DNA from: Nitriliruptorales bacterium
GTDB taxonomy: Bacteria > Actinomycetota > Nitriliruptoria > Nitriliruptorales > Nitriliruptoraceae
Direction: 5' to 3'
Length of the DNA stretch: 64,000 nt
NCBI GenBank assembly: GCA_038233055.1
Contig: JBBSMS010000002.1
Coordinates: 17,468-81,467 of the forward strand
Shown: piece by piece, positions 50,959 through 63,951 of the stretch
Layout of the letters: every line of letters starts with the position of its first letter
How positions within the stretch are numbered: position 1 is the stretch's first letter
Position numbers and translations under genes: made by a program
The notes under the pieces: generated by a model
What the model was told of the DNA's origin: nothing
Databases searched by the model: none
The model's input: only the letters and a program-made list of their open reading frames with translations

Positions 50959-52160
50959 CCGACTCCACCACCCCCGCACCTCGTGCGGGTCGTCCCGCCC
51001 TGTTCGTGCTCGAGGACGGCCGATCGTTCCGCGGCCGGTCGTTCGGCGCCGACGGGACCGGCTTCGGCGAGTCGGTCTTCAACACGGCGATGAGCGGCTA
51101 CCAGGAGGTCCTGACCGATCCGTCCTACCGCCGCCAGGTCGTCACCATGACCGCCCCGCAGGTCGGCAACTACGGGATGTGCGTGGCCGACGCCGAATCG
51201 GACCGCATCCAGGTGTCGGGCTTCGTGGTGACCGAGGCTGCCCGCCGGGTGTCCAGCCATCGCGCCACCTCGACCCTGCGCGACGACCTCGCGGCCGCCG
51301 GCGTGGTCGGCATCGAGGGCATCGACACGCGGGCGGTGACCGTGGCCCTGCGCGACGGGGGTGCGATGCGGTCGGGGGTGTCGACCGAGGTGCTGGACGT
51401 CGACGAACTCCTGACACAGGTGCGCGACTCGCCGTCGATGGAGGGTCGCGACCTGACCGGCGAGGTCACCACGGGCGAGGCCTACGACGTCGACGCGGTC
51501 GGCGAGGGCCGATTCAACGTGGTCGTGGTCGACTACGGGGTGAAGCGCCGGATGCTGCGCCTGCTGTCCGAGATGGGCTGCGACGTCCGGGTCCTGCCCG
51601 CATCCGCCACCGCCGACGACGTCCTGGCCCACCAGCCCGACGGCGTGCTGGTCTCCAACGGCCCCGGCGATCCCGCCGCGGTCACCCATGGGCAGGCCAC
51701 CGTCCGCGGGCTGCTGGGGGAGGTGCCGGTGTTCGGGATCTGCCTCGGCTCACAGTTCCTGGGCCTGGCGCTGGGAGCCGAGACGACCAAGCTCGCGTTC
51801 GGCCACCACGGCATCAACCAACCGGTCCAACGACGACGCGACGGCGTGGTCGAGATCAGTTCGCACAACCACGGGTTCGCCGTCGTCGCCGACACCCTGG
51901 GTGACCCCACCGGCCAACCGCACACGTACGCCACCGCCGATCACGGGCGGGTCACGGTCAGCCACGTCAACCTCAACGACGACTGCGTCGAGGGCCTGGC
52001 GTGCCTGGACGTCCCGGCCTTGGCGGTGCAGTACCACCCCGAGGCCTCGCCGGGACCACACGACTCCCGGTACCTGTTCGACGACTTCGCCGAGCTGATG
52101 TCGACCGGGCGTCCACCGACGTCGGTCGCCCACAGTGCCACCGCCAGCACGGGAGCCTGA
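50955..52160 (+). CDS. carA: Carbamoyl-phosphate synthase small subunit
   Basis: GESVFNT.M.GYQE.LTDPSY; SNGPGDP; FGICLG.Q; QYHPEASPGPHD. Confidence 0.97.
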   Translation: MTDSTTPAPRAGRPALFVLEDGRSFRGRSFGADGTGFGESVFNTAMSGYQEVLTDPSYRRQVVTMTAPQVGNYGMCVADAESDRIQVSGFVVTEAARRVSSHRATSTLRDDLAAAGVVGIEGIDTRAVTVALRDGGAMRSGVSTEVLDVDELLTQVRDSPSMEGRDLTGEVTTGEAYDVDAVGEGRFNVVVVDYGVKRRMLRLLSEMGCDVRVLPASATADDVLAHQPDGVLVSNGPGDPAAVTHGQATVRGLLGEVPVFGICLGSQFLGLALGAETTKLAFGHHGINQPVQRRRDGVVEISSHNHGFAVVADTLGDPTGQPHTYATADHGRVTVSHVNLNDDCVEGLACLDVPALAVQYHPEASPGPHDSRYLFDDFAELMSTGRPPTSVAHSATASTGA

Positions 52161-52163
52161 CGC

Positions 52164-55543
<3,380 letters not shown>

Positions 55544-55547
<4 letters not shown>

Positions 55548-56500
55548 GCGTGCAGGGTCGGGACGTCGGACCGGTGGCCATGACCTGCGTGGTGGTCGAC
55601 CGGCGCCGCTACGGGCGCTACTGGGGGCTGACCCTGTCGGCGCCCGAGATCGCCCGTCGGGCAGCCCCGGGCCAGTTCGTCAACGTGGCGGTCGAGGCCC
55701 CCGGGACCCTGCTGCGCCGCCCCTTCTCGATCGCCGGGGTGTCGCTGAGCGGGCAGGTGGCCGGCACGCTCGACATCGTGCTGGACGCCCACGGCCCCGG
55801 CACCGGTGCGCTCGCGACCATCGCCCCGGGCGCGAACCTGGACGTGCTCGGCCCGCTCGGCAAGGCCTTCCCGATGCCCCAGCGCCGGGTCGCGACGCTG
55901 TTGGTCGGCGGGGGCTACGGGGCCGCCCCGATGTACTACCTGGGCGGGCGCCTGCGGGCCGCCGGCCACCGCGTGAACTTCCTGATCGGGGCGGCCGACA
56001 CCCAGCGGATCATTGATCCCATCACCCCCAAGCGGATGGCCAACCAGGCCTCGTTCACGACCGAGGACGGGTCGATGGGCCACCGCGGCCGGGTCACCGA
56101 CCTGCTGGCCGACGACCTCGCGTCCACCGGTGCCGAGGTGGTCTACGCCTGCGGGCCCAACGCGATGCTGGCCGCCGTCGGCGCGATCTGCGAGGACCTG
56201 AACGTGCCCTGCCAGGTGTCGGTCGAGGAACACATGGCCTGCGGGGTCGGGGTCTGCATGACCTGCGTTCTCCCGCTGCGGGGCCGCAACGACAAGGTCG
56301 CCAACCGCCGCGTGTGCATCGACGGGCCGGTGTTCTCGTCCACCCGGATCGCCTGGGACGAGTCGCGCTGGGCCGAGCCGGCGCCCGCCACGGTCGACGC
56401 CCTCGTGGACGCCGATCGCGACGCGGTCGAGGTCGAGGCCACCGGCGACGGGTCGTTCCGGTCCGGGGTCCGCACCGTGCGACCGCAGGAGGCGCGATGA
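55544..56500 (+). CDS. pyrK: Dihydroorotate dehydrogenase electron transfer subunit
   Basis: LRRPFSI, GPLGKAF, VGGGYG.AP, YACGP..ML and [13 protein letters not shown] (2Fe-2S). Confidence 0.92.
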
Positions 56501-57486
56501 CGGCCACGACGACGGCCGGGGCGGGTGCGGCGTCCGCCGAGGTGGACCTGTCGGTCGACCTCGGCGGCGGGAACGGCGCCCTGGTGCTGCCCAACCCGAT
56601 CGTGACGGCTTCCGGATGCTTCGCGTCGGGCCGCGAGATCGACACGCTGTGGGACGTGGCCGAACTGGGAGCCGTGGTGGCCAAGTCCGTCACCCGGGAA
56701 CCGCGGCAGGGCCTGCCGACCCCTCGCATGGCCGAGACCCCGTCCGGGATGCTCAACGCCATCGGGCTGCAGAACCCCGGCGTGGACACCTGGGTCGACC
56801 GCGACGTCCCGTGGCTCGCATCTCGCGGGGCCCGGATCATCGCCTCGATCGCCGGCAACACGGTCGAGGAGTTCCGCGAGGTCGCCAAGCGGGTCGGGGC
56901 GTCGCGCGACATCGCCGCCGTCGAGATCAACCTGTCGTGTCCCAACGTGTCCCATCGCGGCCTGGTCTTCGCCACCCAGGCATCGACTGCCGCGGAGGTG
57001 GTCCGGGCCGTGCGGTCCGCGCTGCCCGCGATGCCGCTGTTCGCCAAGTTGACGCCGGACGTGACCGAGATCGCGCCCGTGGGCCGCGCCGTGGTCGAGG
57101 CCGGGGCGACGGGGGTCTCGGCGATCAACACCACCCTGGGCATGGCGATCGACGCCGAGACCGGCCGGGTCAAGGTCGCCAACGGCTACGCCGGGCTGTC
57201 GGGCCCGGCGATCCGCCCGATGGCGGTGCGGGCGATCCACCAACTTCATGTCGAACTGGGCCCCGACGTGCCCATCATCGGCATGGGCGGCGTCCGCACC
57301 GTGCCCGACGTGATCGAACTGGTGCGGGCCGGGGCATCGGCCGTCGCGGTCGGCACCGCCACCTTCGCGGACCCCTTCACAGCCCGGACCCTGGCCCGCG
57401 GACTGGGGGAGTGGTTGTCGCGCCGTGGCTTCACGTCCCTGGCCGAACTCCGCGGCCAGGTCCACCGCTGGCCGCACCACCCGTAG
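56497..57486 (+). CDS. pyrD: Dihydroorotate dehydrogenase, family 1B catalytic subunit
   Basis: NP...ASG; MLNAIGLQNPG; EINLSCPN; KLTPDV; GLSGPAIRP.A. Confidence 0.95.
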   Translation: MTATTTAGAGAASAEVDLSVDLGGGNGALVLPNPIVTASGCFASGREIDTLWDVAELGAVVAKSVTREPRQGLPTPRMAETPSGMLNAIGLQNPGVDTWVDRDVPWLASRGARIIASIAGNTVEEFREVAKRVGASRDIAAVEINLSCPNVSHRGLVFATQASTAAEVVRAVRSALPAMPLFAKLTPDVTEIAPVGRAVVEAGATGVSAINTTLGMAIDAETGRVKVANGYAGLSGPAIRPMAVRAIHQLHVELGPDVPIIGMGGVRTVPDVIELVRAGASAVAVGTATFADPFTARTLARGLGEWLSRRGFTSLAELRGQVHRWPHHP

Positions 57487-57654
57487 TCCGCGGATGGCCC
57501 CATCACGCGTTGTCCGCCAGCCTGCCTCGCCACCCGTCGTCCGCCAGCCTGCCCCGTGGACGCGCCCCCGGTGCAGCTCCGTCACGTCGCGAGGTGTGAG
57601 CCGGATCGGCCGCAGGTGGCCGGGATCCCGAACGGCCGGGTCTGGCGTGGCCGG

Positions 57655-57694
57655 GTGGGAGTGGGATCGGCGGTATCTGGCCGGAATCACGCCC
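57655..57694. repeat. Solo copy of the family 1 palindromic repeat
   Basis: GTGGGAGTGGGATCGGCGGTATCTGGCCGGAATCACGCCC aligns with the copies at 29667-31027. Confidence 0.65.
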
Positions 57695-57830
57695 AGTCGC
57701 GATGGGCTGGTCGGTACAGGTGAGATGCGTCGCGGTCGGTGGTGGGCGGGGTGCACGATTCGTCCGGGCGCACCCGTTAGGGTCAGCGTCGGGCAGCGTC
57801 GCCCGGTTCCCACCCCCTCTGGAGGCACCC

Positions 57831-59204
57831 GTGAGCACGACGACCCAGGACCGGGCCATGTCCGGACTCGACCGGTACTTCAAGATCAGCGAACGTGGGT
57901 CCGACGTCGGAACGGAGGTGCGTGCGGGCATCACGACGTTCCTGACGATGGCCTACATCATCTTCGTCAACCCGTCGATCCTGTCCACCGCGATCGACAT
58001 CGAGGGTGCGTTCCCGCAACTGCTCACGGTCACGTGCCTGGCCGCGGCCTTCGGCACGATGGTGATGTCGCTGTGGGCGAACCTGCCGTTCGCACTGGCA
58101 CCGGGCCTGGGGTTGAACGCCTACTTCGCGTTCACGGTCGTCGGGACCCTGGGCTATTCGTGGGAGACCGCGTTGGGTGCGGTGTTCCTGTCCGGGATCC
58201 TGTTCCTGGTCATCTCGATGACCGGGTTGCGGCAGTGGATCCTGGAAGCGATCCCGCTGTACCTCAAGCACGCCATCACGGCCGGGATCGGGGCGTTCCT
58301 GGCCATCATCGGGTTCGCCAACGCGGGCCTGATCATGGCAAGTGACGCGACCTTCGTGACCCGCGGGGACTGGACCTCCGTCGGCCTGTGGCTGGCCGTG
58401 CTGGGCATCGTGGCCGCCGCCGCGCTGTTGGCGCGCCGCATCAAGGGCGCCCTGGTGATCGCCATCGCTCTCGTCACGCTCCTCGCGATCGTGTTCCGGG
58501 CCCCGGTGTACGTCGGGCCCGACGACACCATGGTCGCCTTCGGTGGGTTCACCGACGGCATCCTGGGCTTCACGTGGCCCGGCGACCTGCTGGGCGCCCT
58601 GGACATCGGCGGGGCGCTGGCGGGCGGGGTCCTGTCCGTGGTGTTCACGTTCCTGTTCGTCGACTTCTTCGACACCGCCGGGACGCTGATCGGCTTGACC
58701 GACAAGGCCGGCATGATGGACGACGAGGGCAACATCGACGCGCCCATGCCGGCGTTCGCCGCGGACGGCCTCGCGACGTCGGTCGGTGCGCTGCTGGGCA
58801 CCTCGTCGACCACGACCTACATCGAGTCGGCGTCCGGGGTGGAGGAAGGCGGGAAGACCGGGCTGACATCGCTCGTCGTCGGCATCCTGTTCCTGGTCGC
58901 GATGGTGTTCGCGCCGTTGGCCAGCGTCATCCCTGCGGTCGCCACCGCGCCGGTGCTGATCGTGATCGGTGCGATGATGATGACGGCCGCGACCAAGGTC
59001 GACTGGGCCGACTACACCCAGTCCGTGCCGGCGTTCCTGGCCATCGTCGGGATGCCGTTCACCTACTCGATCACCGACGGCATCAGCCTCGGCATCATCG
59101 CGCACACGCTGATCATGGCGGCGAGCGGGCGGATCCGCGAGATCCGGCCGGTCATGGCGATCCTCGCGGTCCTGCTCGTGTGGCGCTTCTTCGTGGTCGG
59201 CTGA
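57831..59204 (+). CDS. NCS2/AzgA-family nucleobase permease
   Basis: GGAGG RBS before GTG; TEVRAG.TTF.TMAYIIFVNP.IL; APG.GLNAYF; DFFDT.GT; YIES..G...GG.TG. Confidence 0.93.
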   Translation: MSTTTQDRAMSGLDRYFKISERGSDVGTEVRAGITTFLTMAYIIFVNPSILSTAIDIEGAFPQLLTVTCLAAAFGTMVMSLWANLPFALAPGLGLNAYFAFTVVGTLGYSWETALGAVFLSGILFLVISMTGLRQWILEAIPLYLKHAITAGIGAFLAIIGFANAGLIMASDATFVTRGDWTSVGLWLAVLGIVAAAALLARRIKGALVIAIALVTLLAIVFRAPVYVGPDDTMVAFGGFTDGILGFTWPGDLLGALDIGGALAGGVLSVVFTFLFVDFFDTAGTLIGLTDKAGMMDDEGNIDAPMPAFAADGLATSVGALLGTSSTTTYIESASGVEEGGKTGLTSLVVGILFLVAMVFAPLASVIPAVATAPVLIVIGAMMMTAATKVDWADYTQSVPAFLAIVGMPFTYSITDGISLGIIAHTLIMAASGRIREIRPVMAILAVLLVWRFFVVG

Positions 59205-59296
59205 TGCAGGTCTTCCGCGACGCGGTCGAGGGCGGGGACATCGAGGCGGCGGTGGCCCTGCTGGCCGACGACGTCGAGTTCCGCAGCCCCGCGGTC
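59204..59296 (+). pseudogene. 5' fragment of a SnoaL/NTF2-like protein
   Basis: MQVFRDAVEGGDIEAAVALLADDVEFRSPAV (31 codons), translationally coupled to the permease, then non-homologous sequence. Confidence 0.7.
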
Positions 59297-59298
59297 CG

Positions 59299-59330
59299 AC
59301 GACGGGCGACCCCGGAGGATCGCCCGTCGT
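59299..59330 (-). terminator. Perfect 11-bp hairpin downstream of the small zinc-finger ORF
   Basis: ACGACGGGCGA-CCCCGGAGGA-TCGCCCGTCGT. Confidence 0.55.
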
Positions 59331-59348
59331 GGAAGTGGTGCGGTTCGG

Positions 59349-59501
59349 TCAGCCGCGGCCGGTGCCGTTGCAGGCGGGGCACGCGATGTACCGGAAGTGC
59401 AACGGTGCGCCCAGAGGCACCTGGCCGGTGGCGGTGCAGGCGGGGCAGTTGCCGGCGCGACGGATGTCGATGTCGGTCGGGAGGCGGCGGAAGAGCTTCA
59501 T
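59349..59501 (-). CDS. 50-aa putative zinc-finger miniprotein (two CxxCxxxG motifs)
   Basis: MKLFRRLPTDIDIRRAGNCPACTATGQVPLGAPLHFRYIACPACNGTGRG; followed by a hairpin. Confidence 0.55.
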   Translation of the reverse strand: MKLFRRLPTDIDIRRAGNCPACTATGQVPLGAPLHFRYIACPACNGTGRG

Positions 59502-59727
59502 TGCTCGGGGTCCTGGATGGGTGGTTGGTGGTTGGCACGGTGACCATCCGGGGTTGCCGGTCGGCCGCTGGGACCTCGTCCCTGCCGTGCAACCACGATG
59601 GTACGGAGCACGCCCTCGCCACCCCCTGCACACCACGGTCGGAGTACCCCGGCCGTGGGCCCCGAATCATGGAATACGGCCGGGTCCGTGCCGGCCGGAC
59701 GTCGGGCCTGTCGACCACGTGACGGCG

Positions 59728-60765
59728 TCAGGCCACGCCCGGCTGGACGACGATGTGTCCGTCGCCCGGGACCAACGTCGCATCGACCCCGATCGGCAGG
59801 GTCCACGCCGGTTCGGTGTGGCCGAAGTCCAGGCCGGTGACCAGCGGCAGGTCGGGAGCGAACTCGTCGAGGAGGTCGAGCAGCGCGGCGTCGTAGGCCT
59901 GGTCGTCCGGGCGGTCCAGGGTGCCGTCCACCTCCATGCCGCCGGGCCGCCCCACCAGCAGGCCGGCGATCCCGGCCAGTTCACCGGTGATGGCCAAGGG
60001 TCGCAGCATCCGGACCAGCGCGTCGGGCGGCATCGCCTCCTCGGAGGTCTCGATCGCCAGCAGCGCGCCGTCCAGGTCGGGCCACCACGGTGTGCCGCGG
60101 AACCAGTCCAGCACCTCGATGCAGAACGCCAGCAGTGGTCCCGTCACGGGCTCGTCGCCTCGCAGCCACTGCCACCCGCGCGACGCGCGCAGCGTGCGGC
60201 GCACGGATGCCGTGGCGGGGTCCTCCCAGTCCAGCATCTCGGTGGTCCACCCGTCCTCGTTCGGACGCCACGTCGTGGGCGCGGTCGTGAACAGCGCCTG
60301 CCGGACGCCGTCGCGCGCGTAGTCGAACATCCCGCCGTTCTCGGCGAACCCGGCCAGGATCGACGGACCGCAGAAGCTCACGAGGCCGGCCCGCAGGCAG
60401 GCCAACTGGGTCACGACCGTGTCGGAGAAGCCGAGCACGATGGTCGGGTTCGCGGCCAGCAGGTCGTGGTCGACGTGTGGGAGCATCCGGATCGAGTCGT
60501 CGCCGCCGATCGTGGACACGACCGCCTTGATCGACGGGTCGAGGAAGGCAGTGTGGAGGTCATCGGCCCGGGCCTGCGGGGTCAACGACTCCTGCGGCGC
60601 GCGGGTGTGGGGCAACTCGACGATGTCCAGGTCGAAGGTCTCGGACAGTTGCCGCAGCCCGACGCCGAAGCGGGCCGGGACCTCGTGGGCGCCGGCCCAC
60701 GACAGGGTCGCGACCGCCACGCGGTCGCCGGCGGCAAGCGCGGGTGGACGGACCAGTGGACCCAC
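59728..60765 (-). CDS. S66 family LD-carboxypeptidase (MccF-like)
   Basis: P..L..GDRVAV...S; IGGDDS; LGFSD (Ser); IETSE; DFGHT.P. Confidence 0.9.
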   Translation of the reverse strand: MGPLVRPPALAAGDRVAVATLSWAGAHEVPARFGVGLRQLSETFDLDIVELPHTRAPQESLTPQARADDLHTAFLDPSIKAVVSTIGGDDSIRMLPHVDHDLLAANPTIVLGFSDTVVTQLACLRAGLVSFCGPSILAGFAENGGMFDYARDGVRQALFTTAPTTWRPNEDGWTTEMLDWEDPATASVRRTLRASRGWQWLRGDEPVTGPLLAFCIEVLDWFRGTPWWPDLDGALLAIETSEEAMPPDALVRMLRPLAITGELAGIAGLLVGRPGGMEVDGTLDRPDDQAYDAALLDLLDEFAPDLPLVTGLDFGHTEPAWTLPIGVDATLVPGDGHIVVQPGVA

Positions 60766-60768
60766 GGG

Positions 60769-62061
60769 TCAGGCCGAGGCGGGGACGTCGGCGTCCGTGT
60801 CGGCGTGCTCGTCGGTGGGCGCGGCGGCTCGCGCGGTCGCGAGCCGCACGCACAGCACGAACACGTCCATGGCCCGTTCGACGTCTGCGAGGTCGGGGAA
60901 GGTCGGCGCGAGCCGGATGTGGCTGTCGTCCGGGTCGTCGCCGTACGGGAAGGCCGCACCGGCCGGCGTCAGCGCGACACCGGCCCGGGCCGCGAGGTCG
61001 ACGACCTCGGTCGCCAGGCCCGGCCGGGTCCAGAACGAGACGAAGTAGCCGCCGTCGGGCTCGGTCCACCGGCCGTGCTCGCCCTCGGTGCCCAGCCCGT
61101 CGGCCAGGGCCGAGGTGACCGCGTCGAACTTGGCGCGCACGAGGTCGGCCATGGCGGTCATGTGGTCCTCGATCGCCCCGGGCGCCCCCAGCTTGCGGAC
61201 GTGGCGCAGGTGGTTGGCCTTGTCCGGGCCGATCGTGAACCACTTCAGATGCTGGCGGAACCCGGCGAGGTTGGCCAGCCCGGAGCCCATGAAGGCGACA
61301 CCCGACCCGGCGTGGGTGATCTTGGACGTCGACGCGAACTGCACGACCGAGTCCTGTGTGCCCTCGACGTCGGCCGCGGAGAACATCGACAACAGGTAGT
61401 CGGGGTCGCCCAGGTCGTGGACGGCGTAGGCGTTGTCGTACAGCACCCGGAAGTACTCGCCGGCGTCGCGCCCCAGCACGGCCAGGCGGCGCACGGTGTC
61501 GTCGTCGTAGGTGATCCCGGTCGGGTTCGAGTACTTCGGGACACACCAGATGCCCTTGACCTGGTCGTCGTTGCCGACCAGTTCCTCGACCCGGTCCATG
61601 TCCGGGCCGATGTCGGTCATCGGGACCGTCACCATCTCGATCCCGAGGTACTCGGTCAGGGCGAAGTGGCGGTCGTAGCCGGGCACCGGGCACAGCATCT
61701 TCGGGGTCCCGCGGTTCCACGCCGTGTCGGGCCCGCGGACGCCGAAGACGTGTGCGTGCAGGAGGTAGCGGCCCATCAGTTCGAGGCTGGAGTTGCCACC
61801 GGCCAGCACGTTGGCGGCCGGCATGTCCAGCAGTCGCGCGCCGATCGCCTTGACCGACGGCTGGCCGTCGAGCCCGCCGTAGTTGCGGACGTCGACCCCG
61901 TCCAGCATCCAGTCGTCCCCGATGATCCCGTCGAGGTCGTCGGACAGGTCGAGCTGGTCACTGCCCGGCTTGCCTCGGGTCAGGTTCAGCGACAACCCGG
62001 ACGCCGCGAACTCGGCATGGGCGCGTTCGAGGTCGGCGACCGTGGCGGCGTGGTCGAGCAT
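60769..62061 (-). CDS. PLP-dependent aminotransferase (class I/II fold)
   Basis: L.L..TRGKP...QL; CPVPGYDRHF; VPKYSNPTG; DNAY.VH; STSKIT (PLP Lys); IRLAP. Confidence 0.9.
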   Translation of the reverse strand: MLDHAATVADLERAHAEFAASGLSLNLTRGKPGSDQLDLSDDLDGIIGDDWMLDGVDVRNYGGLDGQPSVKAIGARLLDMPAANVLAGGNSSLELMGRYLLHAHVFGVRGPDTAWNRGTPKMLCPVPGYDRHFALTEYLGIEMVTVPMTDIGPDMDRVEELVGNDDQVKGIWCVPKYSNPTGITYDDDTVRRLAVLGRDAGEYFRVLYDNAYAVHDLGDPDYLLSMFSAADVEGTQDSVVQFASTSKITHAGSGVAFMGSGLANLAGFRQHLKWFTIGPDKANHLRHVRKLGAPGAIEDHMTAMADLVRAKFDAVTSALADGLGTEGEHGRWTEPDGGYFVSFWTRPGLATEVVDLAARAGVALTPAGAAFPYGDDPDDSHIRLAPTFPDLADVERAMDVFVLCVRLATARAAAPTDEHADTDADVPASA

Positions 62062-62177
62062 GGCAGGGGGCCTTCGACGGAGGTGGCGGCTGGCGGGCTG
62101 GCGGTGGCGGACGACGGGGCGTCCCGAACTCGACAGCATATTCCGACGCCACCCCGCCCCGTCCGCCGCCGGGTGGG

Positions 62178-62849
62178 TCAGGGGCGGACGCCCCAGCGGT
62201 CGCGGTAGGCGCGGATGCGGCCAAGGTCGTGGTCGTCCAGGACCCGGGCACCGCGGTCGGGCGACGACAGTTCGGCGACGATCGCGTCGATGTCGGCCAG
62301 CGCGGTGGCGTGGAGGTCGAACTCCTGGGCGACCTGGGCCAGCGCGGTGACGTCGTCGCGGGTGTGGCGTTCGAGCCGGTCGACCGCGATCACCAGTCCG
62401 ACCACGTCCACCTCGGCCACGCTGGAAAGGAGTGGCAGCGTCTCGCGGATCGAGGTCCCGGCGGTGGTCACGTCCTCGATCACCACCACGCGCTGGCCGT
62501 CGGTCGGGGCATGGCCGATCAACGAACCACCTTCCCCGTGGTCCTTGACCTCCTTGCGGTTGCAGGTCCAGGCCACGTCGATGCCGTGGTCCCGCGCCAT
62601 CGACACGGCGGTCGCCACGGCCAAGGGGATCCCCTTGTAGGCCGGCCCGAACAGGACGTCGACGTCGTCGCCGAACGTCTCCACGACGTGGTCGGCGTAG
62701 GCCCGGCCGATCGTGTCGACCTGTCGGCCCGTGGCGAGGTTGCCGAAGTTCAGGAAGTACGGCGTCGAGCGCCCCGACTTGGTCGTGAAGTCCCCGAACG
62801 TCAACACCCCGCTGTCCAGCAGGAAGTCGGCAAGGTCGGCGGTGTCCAT
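62178..62849 (-). CDS. pyrE: Orotate phosphoribosyltransferase
   Basis: FGDFTTKSGR.TPYF.N; LFGPAYKGIP; RKEVKDHGEGG; IEDVTTAGTS. Confidence 0.96.
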   Translation of the reverse strand: MDTADLADFLLDSGVLTFGDFTTKSGRSTPYFLNFGNLATGRQVDTIGRAYADHVVETFGDDVDVLFGPAYKGIPLAVATAVSMARDHGIDVAWTCNRKEVKDHGEGGSLIGHAPTDGQRVVVIEDVTTAGTSIRETLPLLSSVAEVDVVGLVIAVDRLERHTRDDVTALAQVAQEFDLHATALADIDAIVAELSSPDRGARVLDDHDLGRIRAYRDRWGVRP

Positions 62850-62862
62850 GGCAGGTCCTGTC

Positions 62863-62966
62863 TGCGTGCGTCCGTTGTGGCGCGTACGCAACGAGGGACG
62901 CACACCGTGGCGGGCGTCGTGGGTGCGTGCGTCCGTGGTTCCACGGGCGGAACGTGCGACGCACAC
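62863..62966. repeat. Two 43-bp hairpin units in tandem upstream of pyrE
   Basis: 62863-62905 and 62924-62966 share the first 13 nt (TGCGTGCGTCCGT) and last 9 nt (GACGCACAC); interiors differ but are self-complementary. Confidence 0.65.
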
Positions 62967-63051
62967 GTTGTCGGCCGGGCGGCGGGCTGACCTGTCTCGC
63001 TGGACGTTGCGATGGACGTTCTGAGCGCAGCGAGGAACTCCAATGCACGCG

Positions 63052-63951
63052 TCAATAGTGCCAGGGGACGCCGGACCAGTCACGGGGGCGGTGTTCGAGG
63101 AAGGCGTCGCGGCCTTCGACGGCCTCGTCGGTGCCGTAGATCAGGCGGGTGGCCTCGCCGGCGAAGACCTGCTGACCCATCAGCCCGTCGTCGGCCAGGT
63201 TCATGGCGAACTTGAACATCCGGGTGGCGGTGGGGGAGTTGGTGAGGATGGTGCGGCCCCAGGCGATCGCGGTGGACTCGAGGTCGGCGTGCGGGACCGC
63301 GCGGTTGACCGCGCCCATGCGGACCCCGTCGTCGGCGGTGTAGGTCTCGCCCAGCAGGAAGATCTCGCGCGCCACCTTCTGGCCGACCTGCTTCGCGAGG
63401 TACGCCGACCCGTAGCCGCCGTCGACCGAGGCCACGGCCAGGTCGGTCTGCTTGAACCGCCCGTGCTCGGCACAGGCGATGGTCAGGTCACACACCACGT
63501 GCAGCGAGTGACCCCCGCCCGCGGCCCAACCGTCCACCACCGCCACGACCACCTTCGGCATGGTCCGGATCAGGCGCTGGACCTCGAGGATGTGGAGGCG
63601 ACCCGAGCGGGCGGGGTCGATCCCGGAGGCGTCGTCCTCGTCGGAGTACTTGTAGCCATCCTTCCCGCGGATGCGCTGGTCACCACCGCTGCAGAAGGCG
63701 TACCCGCCGTCGCGCTCGGACGGGCCGTTGCCGGTCAGCAGCACGCAGCCGACGTCGGAGGTCTGGCGCGCGTGGTCCAGCGCCCGGTACAACTCATCGA
63801 CGGTGTGCGGCCGGAAGGCGTTGCGGACCTCGGGCCGGTCGAACGCGATCCGCACGATCCCGGCGTCCACGTGCCGGTGGTAGGTCAGGTCGGTGAGGTC
63901 GAAGCCCGGCGCGGCCTCCCAGGCAGACTGGTCGAACAGGGCGGACACCAT
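63052..63951 (-). CDS. menB: 1,4-dihydroxy-2-naphthoyl-CoA synthase
   Basis: DRPEVRNAFRP; FCSGGDQRIRG; HILEVQRLIR; GGGHSLH..CDLT; DGGYGS. Confidence 0.97.
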   Translation of the reverse strand: MVSALFDQSAWEAAPGFDLTDLTYHRHVDAGIVRIAFDRPEVRNAFRPHTVDELYRALDHARQTSDVGCVLLTGNGPSERDGGYAFCSGGDQRIRGKDGYKYSDEDDASGIDPARSGRLHILEVQRLIRTMPKVVVAVVDGWAAGGGHSLHVVCDLTIACAEHGRFKQTDLAVASVDGGYGSAYLAKQVGQKVAREIFLLGETYTADDGVRMGAVNRAVPHADLESTAIAWGRTILTNSPTATRMFKFAMNLADDGLMGQQVFAGEATRLIYGTDEAVEGRDAFLEHRPRDWSGVPWHY

